A stretch of 64,000 bases of DNA, taken from NCBI GenBank assembly GCA_951406725.2, contig OX597838.1, positions 23,002,001 to 23,066,000 of the forward strand, in the 5' to 3' direction. Below are positions 11,764 through 24,130 of this stretch, one piece after another. The number at the start of each line of letters is the position of its first letter. Position 1 is the stretch's first letter. The translations under genes and the position numbers were made by a program. The notes beneath the pieces are model-generated. The model saw only the letters and a program-made list of their open reading frames with translations, was not told where the DNA came from and searched no databases. The stretch comes from Octopus vulgaris. Taxonomy: Eukaryota.

Positions 11764-12536
11764 AATAGCTTTGTTAAGCTGACGCAAACAAACTAATGGA
11801 GACGAGAATACATTTATCAAACGTTTATTTACGTACACCAGGGCTTAAGTCGCCAATTATTTCTGTTTACAGTTCATCTGTCGCGAATTCTGTCCTACAT
11901 AATAGCTCCCCCCTCCATTTCAGAACTGTTGAGTGTCATTGGAAACGGGAAGGCGTTTTAATTTTCCTGCCCATGCCTGTAGTTACTCGATTCTTTGGTA
12001 ACCGTTCCTTGTCAAGGATTGGTGTGATCTGTCTAGGATGGCCCTCTTTGGTGGCTGGGCCACTTAAACGGGGCTGTCAGCGGTATTTCGTCTGCCTTTA
12101 CGTTCTGAGTTCAAATTCCGCCGAGGTCGACTTTGCCTTTCATCATTTCGGGGTCGATAAATAAAGTACCAGTTGTGTTACTGGGTTCGATCTAATCGAC
12201 TGGCCCCCTTCCTAAAAATCTCGGGCCTCGTGCCTAGAGTAGAAAAGAATATCAAGATGGGCCTGTTTCGTCGTCCACCAATTTGGAGTTGGAATGTTTT
12301 ATCTCCTGGATGTACGACTTGATATGGACCATCGTAGGGTAACTGGAGGGGGTTTTCATCGTGTGTCACGTCAAACGAACACAAAATTAGCCGTGACGAG
12401 GTCACCAGTTATAGCTTCGTTAAGCTATACGCAAACAAAGAAGTGGAGACGAGAATACATTTATCAAAGGATTATTGCTTTAAAGTGCAGCAGTTATTTC
12501 TGTTTACAGTTCGTCTGCCATGAATTCTGCCCTACA
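11764..12536 (-). mobile_element. Miniature non-autonomous Gypsy-type LTR element (TRIM-like) with a SINE insertion
   Basis: LTRs 11764-11899 and 12410-12536 (minus strand starts TGTAGG). PBS TGGTGACC next to the 5' LTR, PPT GGAGGGGGGAG before the 3' LTR, integrase GPY/F remnant PLQLPYDGPYQV, flanks TCAT/TCAC. Confidence 0.8.
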
Positions 12537-12881
12537 TCACGAAGGAAATCATACATAGTTGGCTTTTCAACTCAGTTGAACTTGGTTACATGTGCTTCAA
12601 GAGGAACAGAAATAATGTGACATAGCTTCCTGAAAATAAACTTTCCCCTCTGCTTAAAATGAAAAAGCTCATGCTATTTATTGACAAAATGTGGGCTCAT
12701 GCTGACATTTAGAATTTGCTGCTTTGGTGGTCTACTGTACAATATGATTGGATACGATCTCTGTATCCTGCATAAAATTACACCAATCCAAATGCCTGAC
12801 TCAACCAAGTATTTCAACGTCATATGACCAATTGCCTGACCAATCACTAGAGACTTATGCGTAGAGCCGCTTTTTAGATTA

Positions 12882-13393
12882 CTGTAAATCCTCGAGTATA
12901 ATCCGCATTTTTCCCCCAAAATTTAAATGTCAAAATCCCTAGTGCATACTATATACGAGGTTAAAAATGAAAAATATTTTCTAAGCAATGTCCGAGTCTC
13001 TATTTGCTGTCCGGCAATGTTTATTCAGACGCATTTTGTGATGTCGGACGTGAAAATACCTTAAGCTAAGCCTGAAAGCAATGAAGTCATAAAAGAATCA
13101 TCCATAACTTGCAGTAAGCAACATTTATTAAACGTTATTACTGTTATTTCTTTATTTTCTGCAAACAAAATGCACAAAAAAGCTACACGTTTGCATTATG
13201 TTATATATACAATAATAATAAAGGACGTTACAATATACATTTTTACATACCAAGGACGTTATATAGACCTCCTTAACTCAAGTTAGAGAAGGGGTGCATA
13301 TTATACACAAGGTTTAGGTTTTTCAGAGGTACAGCCCCCTAAAAATCCCCTGCGTATTATACTCAAGGGCGGACTATACTTGAGGATTTATGG
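12882..13393. mobile_element. Tc2-like MITE, copy 2
   Basis: Same TIRs with CpG-type decay (ctgtaaatcctcgag...tgaggatttatgg), TA flanks, collinear with 658-1150. Confidence 0.85.
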
Positions 13394-13921
13394 TATTTAA
13401 ATCTAAAACATGCAATTATGAAACTAGTCTGGTTACATAGATATAGCATTGGATTCAATCTCATATTTTGCCACATAGGGATCACAATGCAATCATGTGC
13501 ACAAACCCAATAGTTATATAACGAATGGCAGCTCTTCATGTGATAGTTCAGAGGCTCGTCTAGACTTTCTGTGAACACAACCAAATTTGTCGCCAATTTC
13601 GCAAAGTGTCACAGATGTCAAGAGTCCACCACGATGTTTTCCGTTCTTGCCATATTCAGAGTGTCTTGGATCAAGTTGGTGTACACTCCCCTAATAGCTG
13701 TTTTCATAGCTGCATATCCAACCTGTAATAATTGAAGAAGAAGAAGAACCACGGTATGTGTATTTGATTTATAAAAATTAGCCCAGATTTTGATTTTTCT
13801 AACAAAGAATTTCTGTATGTGTCATATTAAGATGTTTCACCTGAATGCTTCCATTAATTGCATTGTATGAACACCTTGTCTATTAACGTAACAAACAAAT
13901 TATATTCCAACACATACGCAG

Positions 13922-14305
13922 GCGCAGGAGTGGCTGTGTGGTAAGTAGCTTGCTTACCAACCACATGGTTCCGGGTTCAGTCCCACTGCATGGCATCTTG
14001 GGCAAGTGTCTTCTGCTATAGCCCTGGGCCAACCAATGCCTTGTGAGTGGATTTGGTAGACAGAAACTGAAAGAAGCCTGTCGTATATATGTATATGTAT
14101 GTGTGTCTGTGTTTGTCCTCCTAGCATTTCTTGACAACCGATGCTGGTGTGTTTACGTCCCCGTCACTTAGCGGTTCGGCAAAAGACACCGATAGAATAA
14201 GTACTGGGCTTACAAAGAATAAGTCCTGGGTCGATTTACTCGACTAAAGGTGGTGCTCCAGCATGGCCGCAGTCAAATAACTGAAATAAGTAAAAGAGTA
14301 AAGAG
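13922..14305 (+). mobile_element. SINE family A, full length
   Basis: Collinear with 1933-2347 and 31220-31597. Confidence 0.8.
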
Positions 14306-14599
14306 TATACAGAAATTTCTTTTTTGTTATACTAAGTTATTTTTATGGGCATTCTGAAAGACATTTGAAAACCTGTTTTGGTTTAATTTTCATGAGCATG
14401 GCCCATTTATTGACAGCAAGCCACAGCATATAGAAATCAGAATTGGTCTCTTAAATCTGTGAGGCCCCTGAGCAAATCGGTGTTCTGGACCCTTTAGTAT
14501 TTGACAGCAAGCCACAGCATACATAGAATTGGGCCCCTAAGCCTGTGAAGCGCCTGGGGAACATCTCAATATGACAGTGCTTTAAGACAGCACAGTTGC

Positions 14600-14880
14600 T
14601 GCCTATCTCTCTGTAATTCAGATACAGTATGGTAGCCTCTGGGCAATTCAACAAATATGCTGGCAGACAGAAACCATTCCTTGTGCAGGTGAAAGGGCAA
14701 AAGCTTGCCTGGCAGGGTCACATATCCTGTCACAACTTCTTGTCCAAAACCATGCTTTGGGGCTCAGTTGAAGGAGTGCGAAAGAGTAACAGACAGAGAA
14801 AATCCTGCTCTGACAACATCGTGGACTGGACAGGTCATAACACCAAGACCAGCAATGCACAACCAGTGGCTCGCAAAGGC
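14600..14880 (+). mobile_element. RTE-like LINE 3' fragment
   Basis: QKLAWQGHISCHNFLSKTMLWGSVEGVRK..RQRKS.SDNIVDWTG resembles the RTE C-terminal L.W.GH...G.R..GR.R..W.D pattern. Confidence 0.7.
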
Positions 14881-15779
14881 ATTTTGCGCAGCCCTCAAAA
14901 CCATTTTGCAAGGACTTTCTTGTTTCAATAAGTAACTGAAAATTAACATAGCAAACTGCCTGTACCACATTCACATGCTGAAAACACGTATGTAATGGTA
15001 GACGTTTATTTTGTAACGGCTGAGATTAATTTGTAAACAATAATATGGGACGTCGGAGTTGTCAACAATTTGTAAGGATTGGTTCTTTGTTGATTGCCAT
15101 TATGTAAAGATGAAAGAACAGCGATTGAATTTGTAAAGAAAATATTTACTTACTGTTACATTGTATATATCCAAAACCACAACGGGTTGGTATGTACAAA
15201 TAGTAAATGGAAAAGCATACGAGGTAAAAAAGTAAATTTTGGCCGGTGTGTGTGTACATGTTCTTGTAGTAGTAATCCACAGATAGAGACAGAATGATAA
15301 AATAAACTTCTACCGTTGCACATACAATAGTCTTCATTTATTAACTTTTGTTGTTATATGTCCTTAAATTACATTATTTATATTTGATGGATATTTGTCC
15401 TCATCTTGTTTGTTGACCCAACACACACACACATGATTAGGTTCTTTCAGTTTCTGACCTCCAGATCCAATCATAAGGCTTTGATCACCCTGTGGCTACA
15501 GTAGTAGACACTTGCCCAAGGTGCCACGCAGTGAGACTGAACTCAGGACCATGTGGTTGGGAAACAAGTTTCTTAACACATAGCTATATATATACATGTG
15601 TGTACATATATGTATGCATACATGCATACATACATGTGTGTATGTTGTTAACACACTGTTTCAGCTGATATAACCTTCAGCCTTCATCAGGTGTCTTGGG
15701 GAAAGATGAGAAATATCTGTCAAATGTAAATAATGTACATAATTCCTAATCTCTTAAATATGGAACTGTATATATAGAA

Positions 15780-15970
15780 AATATAGGGGGATCAAGTTAA
15801 TTATGATTTTATTGAGCATATTCCCCTCTCAGATTCACACACTCATTGCAGTGGTCAGTGGTCCTCCAGTTTTTCTAAGCTTTGTAAAAGAACTCAGAAG
15901 GCCAGGCCTCTAACCAGGCCTTCCATGACACCCTTAAAACCAGTACCTTTTCAGCACCCACTCACACATT
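15780..15970 (-). mobile_element. Decayed mariner 3' fragment
   Basis: Minus strand resembles a transposase C-terminus (FY...LEKLED...ECVNLRGEY) with frameshifts. Confidence 0.45.
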
Positions 15971-17136
15971 TGACTGAGTAATCTGAATGCTAAGGTGTTA
16001 AATATATTGATATTAATTTAACACTTTAATAACATTTGCTGATAACGAGGCAAGTTCCTAGAGGTGAATTTCTGACTTTTCAAGGGCAAGGTCCTTCTTT
16101 GAAACTTCACACTCTTTGTTTCCTTGAAGAAGGTCTCCGACCGACCCCGCCACCAGGAAACGTCAGAGCTTGCCTCACCTCTACAGCACATGAAATTCTT
16201 TTGTGTTTTGTGAATTTCATTAAAGTGTGTGTTTGTACAAAGACAAAAGCGGTGTAAAAAATTAAATAAGAAAAATGGGGTTAAGAGAGGGGGGTATGAG
16301 GAGGAGAAGAGAGATTGGGGGAGAGAGAAACCCTGGCATTGTATGTGTATGTGTGTGCACGTGTGTGTGTGTGGGGGGGCATGTGTGTGTGGGGGGCATG
16401 TGTGTGTGGGTGTGAGTGTGTGTGGGGGGTGCATGTATGTGTGGGTTTGAGTGTGTGTGTGTGTGTGTTTGAAAATTAGATAGGGAGGGTGAGAGATAAC
16501 GAAAGGGAAGAAAATAAAAGCAAAAAAAATTTCTGACCAATGAGTGAGCCTTCACATGGGTTACTCTCATAGCTAGAAATAGCTGCCAAATCCACCTTGC
16601 TGTCTTAAGTCTTAAAAATCCGGAAAAAGACATATTTGACAACGAAGTAAAAGAACACTCTGGTTAGTGGCAGTTTGATGCCTTTGATCACAGGTCAGCT
16701 TGATCAGAGTTGACCTTGGGTTTAATAATAACAACAAAAGACTGAGAATGAGAGCAGATGAATAAGAGATAGATGATAGAGAAAGAGAGAGAGAGAGAGA
16801 AGAAGAAGAAGAACAGATACAAAGATGGTGGATGTGAAAAAGGAAAGAGAAAGAAATAGATTGTATTATATATGGTAAGAAAATAGAGAGTGAGATATGA
16901 AAACAAGACAAGAAGGAGAAACACAGACAGCATTAGTGTGTGTGTAGGTGGGGGGAGTGAGAGAGAGAGAACCATTAAAAATGTCATAAAGATTGTAGAT
17001 AACAATGAAGAAAATATGAATTAGTTGCTTCAGAAGAGTCAAGAAAGCGGGAGCGTAAGATAAGAGAGAGAGAACATAGCCACGTGTGTGTGTGTGTGTG
17101 TGTATATATACAAATATACATACCTTTATATATATA

Positions 17137-17649
17137 TCTATATATATAAAACTGTAGTTGTGTGAGTGTCTGTCTCCTTCGATTTAGATTCCTAACTACT
17201 CCCACATTTTGCGGTGCAGTTTAACCAAATTCGGGTATCTTATAGTCGTAATTCATATCGAGCCCGTCTGAGTATTAGCGCGCGTCAACGATGAGTCTAC
17301 GATTTTAAAAATAATTTAACATAATTTTTTATTCCATTTTAATGCATAATTTTTCGTGTGTCGATGGCGGCGGAGTTGGCGTCCATGGTCACACCTGCAC
17401 CTGTTTGCTTCTCCCACTTCTTCCTTCCCTCGTGAAGCTGTGGGGAAGGGAGTGTAAGGAAATCAACGTCGTAAAGCGTTGTCAAGGAGACCAGCGTTCT
17501 TTTAGAACGACGACTTCATGGCTTGAAGACACCAAAACAGAAATGGCTAAGAAAGCCCGAATTGGCATCTATAAGGGAAGTAACTCTCTAAAAATGCTTA
17601 TATAGTTATTTCCCTTACAAACCCGAGCAACGCCGGGCGATACTGCTAG
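17137..17649 (+). mobile_element. Non-autonomous Helitron
   Basis: A|TC 5' start, 3' hairpin cccgagcaacgccggg, terminal CTAG|T, no TSD. The last ~65 bp are shared with 31801-32184. Confidence 0.8.
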
Positions 17650-17840
17650 TTATATATATAAATGTATGTATATTTGTGTATGTATGTGTGTATGTATATA
17701 TATGTGTATGTATATATGTGTATTTGTATATATATGTATGTGTATGTATATATATATATGTATGTGTATGTATATATCACGTGATCACGTTCAAATCCTA
17801 GCTTTCTACAAAGCTGCTATTATTATTATTATTATTATCA

Positions 17841-18204
17841 TTACCTCTGCCTTAGTGAAGGTGGAGGTATTGTTTTCAGTCATCTTTGTTTGTTTGTTTG
17901 TCCGTGGACAAGATATCTCAAGAACCGCTGTATGGATTCATATGACACTTTTAGGGATGTTTGGCCTCGTGACTGGCACAAACTGATAAGATTTTGGGAT
18001 CGATCCGGTACCAGACAAGGATTCTGGATTATTTTTCCAGTTTTTTACTTAATTATTGACAGCGGTCAGGTTCACTCTAAGTATTCTCATTTGTGAGAGT
18101 AATCGAGTTTATTTCAGATATTCTCATTTTAATAATCATCTCTGGCTAATCACTGAAAGGACATTGGTGCTGCCTTGGCAGAGGTTTGTGCTCTCTGAGC
18201 GCTC

Positions 18205-18208
<4 letters not shown>
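17841..18208 (+). mobile_element. Helentron-associated (HINE/DINE-1-like) element
   Basis: Sub-terminal inverted repeats acctctgcc / ggcagaggt, 5' (GTTT)n microsatellite, 3' hairpin gtgctctctgagcgc, inserted in a T-rich (TTA)n tract. Confidence 0.65.
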
Positions 18209-18256
<48 letters not shown>

Positions 18257-19689
18257 CTCTATATATATAAATGGCAAAATGTCTGTTTCTGTGTGTGTGT
18301 ATCCTTTATACAAATCCACAAGTTTTCAGTTAGAGAGCTCACACTTTCTATGGTCATTCAAAACCATCCAAGGGTGGTCGTGCACATCTTTACACTTCCC
18401 CAGTCACCCTGCAAAGCCATTAAAAAATCATTAGAAGTGACTCTTTTGTGAATTTCTTATCCAAAATCCAATCAAAATGCTCGAAACTTGATACACCAAT
18501 TGAATGCTAACTAGCTGGTATATATATATTTATCTGCTGGGGGGGGGGGGGGAGAAATATATATATATACTGCCAGCCTCGTCTGGCACCTGTGTCGGTG
18601 GCACATAAAATCACCCACTACACTCTCGGGGTGGTTGGCGTTAGGAAGGGCATCCAGCTGTAGAAACACTGCCAGTTCCGACTGGCCTGGTGCAGCCTTC
18701 AGGCTCCCCAGACACCAGCTGAACCGTCCAACCCATGCTAGCATGGAAGGCGGACGTTAAATGATGATGATGATGATATACACACATATACATACATATA
18801 TGAAACAAAAATAATAATAATAACTAGTACGTGATTGGTCGGAGATTTGGACAGTACTCGTGTGTATGTGCGCACGCACGCAGCTGTATATGCATGGACT
18901 AGCACTATAACCTGGCGTTGCCGGGTCATTGTGCTGGTTATTATTATTATTATTATTATTATTGTTTCTTTGTCCAAAACTCTTTCATCACACATCCTGT
19001 AACCTCTTCAACTTCCTATCCCATGTGTCTCCTCTTGTTCTGTTAATCCTATTCTGCACGTGTGTTTGGGTGTGTACATATGTCTAAGTGTTTTTAGTAA
19101 GTGTGTTTTGTGTTCATATTTATGAGCTTGTTTACTGCAGTGTTTGTACTTATGTCTGTGTTTTTTTTTTTTACAAATTTTGACCATCCCCAATGTTTAA
19201 CAATGTCTGACTCAACACAAGAGTCCACATCAAGAATCTTTCAAAATAAATACATAAACATGATGACGGTGGGGACGGTGAGGATGATGAGGATGTAGAT
19301 CCTCCATCGGAAACACAACAAGAAAATTACACATACGCATAAAGGAACACATGTAGGCAGACACTTCCATGAAGAAGCATGTATGAAAATGCCCGACCCA
19401 AGGGTTCACAGTGCATATCAGGGCAACACAGGCAACTTTAGAATCTCCAAAGCCATATTAATACACCAATGGAAGTCAACTATCAACAACGCTAGCTGGT
19501 TGCTATAGCAACAATCTTCTGCGCATTTCTATTCCCCATATACTCACACATGTACATCTGCAACATTCGCTAATTACTAAAGAGGGGCTCATGACCCTGA
19601 AATATTGAATGCAGGGTAAATCACCATTAATTCATATGCCTTTTTACTTGTGATTTACCTTGGATTTATTTCGCATTCTTTCGGCCTTA

Positions 19690-20060
19690 CCCACGTAAAA
19701 AGCACCATCCGTTCATGGCCGTTGCCAGTCTCGCCTGGACCCCATGCCGGTGGCACATAAAAGCTCCATCCGTTCGTGGCCGTTGCCAGCCTCGCCTGGC
19801 CCCCGTGCCGGTGGCACGTAAAAAGCACCATCCGATCGTGGCCGTTGCCAGCCTCACCTGGCCCCCGTGCCGGTGGCACGTAAAAAGCACCATCCGTTCG
19901 TGGCTGTTTGCCAGCTCCATCTGGCACCTGTGCGGATGGCACGTAAAAAGCACCCACTACACTCATGGAGTGGTTGGCGTTAGGAAGGGCATCCAGCCGT
20001 AGAAACACTGCCAGATCAGACTGGGCCTGATGCAGCCTTCTGGCTTCACAGACCCCAGTT
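19690..20060 (+). mobile_element. SINE-like family C with internal ~62-bp tandem units
   Basis: cacgtaaaaagcaccatccg.tcgtggccgttgccagcctcgcctggcccccgtgccggtgg repeated 4-5 times, then gttggcgttaggaagggcatccagc. Other copies with (GAT)n tails at ~18570, 45535, 46965, 49018, 49440 and 59550. Confidence 0.7.
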
Positions 20061-20381
20061 GAATGGTTTGACCAGAGCTGGCAAGGTGAGGAGCTGCACC
20101 AGATTCCAATCTATTTGGCATAGCTTCTATGGCTGGATGCCCTTCTTAACACCAACTACTTTACCGAGTGTGCTGGGTGGTTTTATACATGTGTGTGTTT
20201 GTGCATGTACTATATGTGTATATACTATATGTAGTTCCCTCTCCATTTATTTTCCTCTCAGTCTTTTCTGTCAAAGAGCATAGACTTGAGGTGTCGAAGA
20301 CTTTTCCATTTTTTCTGTGTGTGTGTGTGTGAGTGAGTGAGTATGTGTGTGTATATATTTCACACACATATACATATACAA

Positions 20382-20498
20382 ATGCCCCCAAAGATAGAAA
20401 TCAAGGGGGGTCAGATCAGGGGATCTGGGGGATCTTATAAGCTGTTTTTATAAAGAGAATGAATTTTTCCTATGTATGGAGACTTTTGTATCACCCTG
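20382..20498 (-). mobile_element. Internally deleted Tc1/mariner (rosa/DD41D-like) relic
   Basis: Minus strand encodes PRSPDLTPLDFYLWGH; the element starts TA|CAGGGTG on the minus strand. Confidence 0.6.
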
Positions 20499-21314
20499 TA
20501 TATATATATATATATATATGTACATGACTCTTGGCTAAGATCAAAGTGCAGTGTCCACTGGCTATATATATTTATATACTTGTAGTGACCTCCTACTTTC
20601 TATAATATCAGTAGCCACTGTCCTGCTTAATTAATTCCACTAACAGGTTTGTTTTTATTAAGAGTAACTGAAAAACATTTACGCTTTGAGCTCAATACTG
20701 GCGGATTTATTACCTTGATATCAAATCAGTCATTATTCACCAATCATAGTTTAACTTCTCATACAGTTTTAGGAGAAAATACAGTGACTGTTATTGTAGT
20801 TACTAATCCTTACAAATAAAAGTAAAGAAGAGATAAAAGAAGGTGAAAATCCACAGAGAATGTATTAGAAGATTTATTCATGTTATTATTAATATACTTT
20901 ATTAATACACTGGCTAAGTATTAATATCAATAAAATTATTGATATAGGCACAGGCATGGCTGTGTGGTAAGAAGTTTAGTTCCCAACCGCATGGTTCCGG
21001 GTTCAGTCCCACTGCGTGGAGCCTTGGGCAAGTGTCTTCTATCATAGCCTTGGCCTGACCAAGGATTTGTCAGTGGATTTGGTAGACAGAAACTGAAAGA
21101 AGCCCGTTGTATACCACGTGTGTACCGTTGGCCAATTTTTTCCTCTGTCTTCCCTTCTCTGGATCTTTCCTTCTATGTTTCTGACAAAGAGCTCCGCTCG
21201 AAACGTTAAACCCTCCTTTCCTTCTTTCTTGAGCGTCCGATAATACTATATTTGTTCCATGTCCTCGTGTTGTTGTGTTTTTTGGTGCTTTCATGTTTGG
21301 ATTAACTATGTGTG

Positions 21315-21353
<39 letters not shown>

Positions 21354-21488
21354 TGTTGTGTCTGGAAATTTTACCGGTGAGTGTGTTAAATAATACGGCA
21401 CTAAAAGAGAATGACTCTCCCCAGACACAACAGAATATGCTTCAACACACAAACTCATATAAAGAATCTTGCAAACCAAATCCAAAAA

Positions 21489-21554
<66 letters not shown>

Positions 21555-21849
21555 TAGACAGCTTGACTGAAACTAGTAAGCCAAAGAACTGCACCAGGTT
21601 CCAATTTGATTTGGCATGGGTTCTACAGCTGGATTCCCTTCCTAACACCAACCACTCCAAGAGTGTAGTGGGTGCTTTTTACATGCCACCAGCACAGGTG
21701 TCACTGACATGACACTGGCATTAGCCACAACTGCAATTCCATTTGGTTTGACAGGTCAACACAAGCATAGTGTATAACCCAAGGATTTGGTCACCTGTCA
21801 CCGCCTCTGCGAGATCCAACGCTCAAATGGTGTTTTTACATGCCACTAG

Positions 21850-21880
<31 letters not shown>

Positions 21881-23359
21881 TGTATGTATGTATGTATGTA
21901 TACACACACACATGTATATACATATTCCTTATGTGTGTGTGTGTGGCTGATATATACATACACACACATGTACCTATATACATGCATACATATATATATA
22001 TGTAGATATACACATACATTTATGCATATATACAAACATATATATATATATATATATATACACTCCCCATACATACATACATGCGTGCATACACACACAC
22101 ATACATGCGCATGCGCGCGCACACACGCACACACACACACACACACAGAGTAAATGATTAGTTTGTGTAAGGAGTTAGTGCTGTAGGCAGAGTAAATGAA
22201 ATGTCGCCTGTGAGACTATTTAGTGCTATGCATTATTATCACTACACAATAAAATCATTTGTGTCACTTTAATTCCTGTGACTCTTTGTGGAGACAAACA
22301 ATAAGTCTATTCCAGGAATAACACCACCCCCACCACCACTGCCACCACTACCACCACCATCACTGCCACCACCACCAAACCACTACAGCCGTCACCAGTA
22401 ACTAATACTATCAACCAGTACCACAACAAATAGTAGCCCCCTACAGCCCACACAACCACAAATATTTCACAGATATGGATGTATAAATGCTCTTGTGTGT
22501 GTTGTATGGTGCATGGACACTTGCACATACAACCATCCACAAAGATATAAGTGTACACCCACGTGTGGTTTGGTGCACATATGCTCGCACAATGAATTAA
22601 ATAGCTCCTTGGTGTTCATAAGAATGGGGAAGTTAGAGCTAAATTTAATTCTTCCATGCCTTAAGGTGAATTATGATTATTAATTAGGTTAACAGTTACT
22701 CAAATTCATTCCCACTGCATTGTGCAAAAGTGCAAGGCGGTGAGCTAGCAGAAATGTTAGCACGTCAGGCGAAATGCTTAGTGGCATTTCAAAGCCTCAT
22801 TGAAATAAATTTAGAAGTACAAATGTGTGGGTGAGTACGTGTGCATGTGCCTTTAATTGCTATTGGTCAAGCCAAAGTCAAGCTCAGAATTTGGCCTAGT
22901 TTGGCTGAGAGGCAATAACATTTTTCTATCAATCTTTTATCTCTATATACAATTATACTTACACAAACATGCATTCACTCAGATACATACATACACACAT
23001 ACATACCACTATCAGGTTGTTCTTGAGTGCTACTGGTAACATGTAACACAGTACAACCTGTCGCATGGTCAGGTCATCGGCAACTAAACTGGCAACCTCA
23101 TCAGGCTTGCTTGGTGAGGAGGGTGATTGTTGGACACTCTGCAGGATGAAAAATAAGTTCTGTCAAATGGTGGAAGAACTACTGTGTAGTCAACGGCCAA
23201 TTCAACAAGTATCTCATAGTGGTCATGTGCCTGTGTGCTCCATTGATCTGGAGAGCTATGCTGGAGGGTGAGAAATCTTCCGGCGGGTCTTATGAGGCCA
23301 GACAGGTTGAAGGGTAGGAGACAGACAAAACCTTAACGACAATAAATTGAAGCACCCTC

Positions 23360-24130
23360 TGGTGTTCTCAGCCTCAGGACCATATTCCTACTCACTGCTA
23401 TCTGAGCAAGTGCAAGCCCCATGAATCAAAGTGGGTGTTTAAGGGCATCTCCCTCACCATCCTCTGGGGCAACAAAGACTTCTAGCATTCTCGAGTCCTG
23501 GACCATACTCTTGCTCACTGCTATCAGAGTTGGGATGGCTATCTGCAAGTACAAGCCTCGTGAGTCAAAGTAGCTGTTCTAGGGCATATCCCTCACCATC
23601 CTCTGCGGCAACAAAGACCTTGGGTGTTCTCAGCTCCCAGACCATATCCCTATCAGAGCAGGGATGGCTATCAGCAAGTGCAAGTCCTGTAAGTCAAAGT
23701 AGCTGTTCTAGGGTATCTCCCTCACCATCCTCTGGGGCAACAAAGACCTTGGGTGTTCTCAGCTCCCAGACCATATCCCTATCAGAGCAGGGATGGCTAT
23801 CAGCAAGTGCAAGTCCTGTAAGTCAAAGTAGCTGTTCTAGGGCATATCCCTCACCATCCTCTAGGGCAACAAAGACCTTGGGTGTTCTCGGCTCCCAGAC
23901 CATATCTCTATCAGAGCAGGGATGGCTATCAGCAAGTGCAAGTCCTGTGAGACAAAGTAGTTGTTCTAGGGCATCTCCCTCATCATCGTCTGGAGCAACA
24001 AAGACCTTGGGTGTTCTCGGCTCCCAGACCATATCCCTGCTCACCGCTGTTGGGGCAGAGATGGTTATCTGCAAGTGCAAACCTCATGAGTCAGAATGGC
24101 TGTTCCAGCACATTTTCCCCATCATCCTTT
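23360..24130. repeat. 129-bp tandem repeat (4 well-conserved units plus degenerate flanks)
   Basis: gggatggcta recurs at 23532, 23661, 23790 and 23919. Confidence 0.92.

Noticed and set aside
13922-14000. tRNA gene
   Set aside because: A/B-box-like motifs are the head of a SINE; no complete cloverleaf, and the sequence continues into the SINE body.
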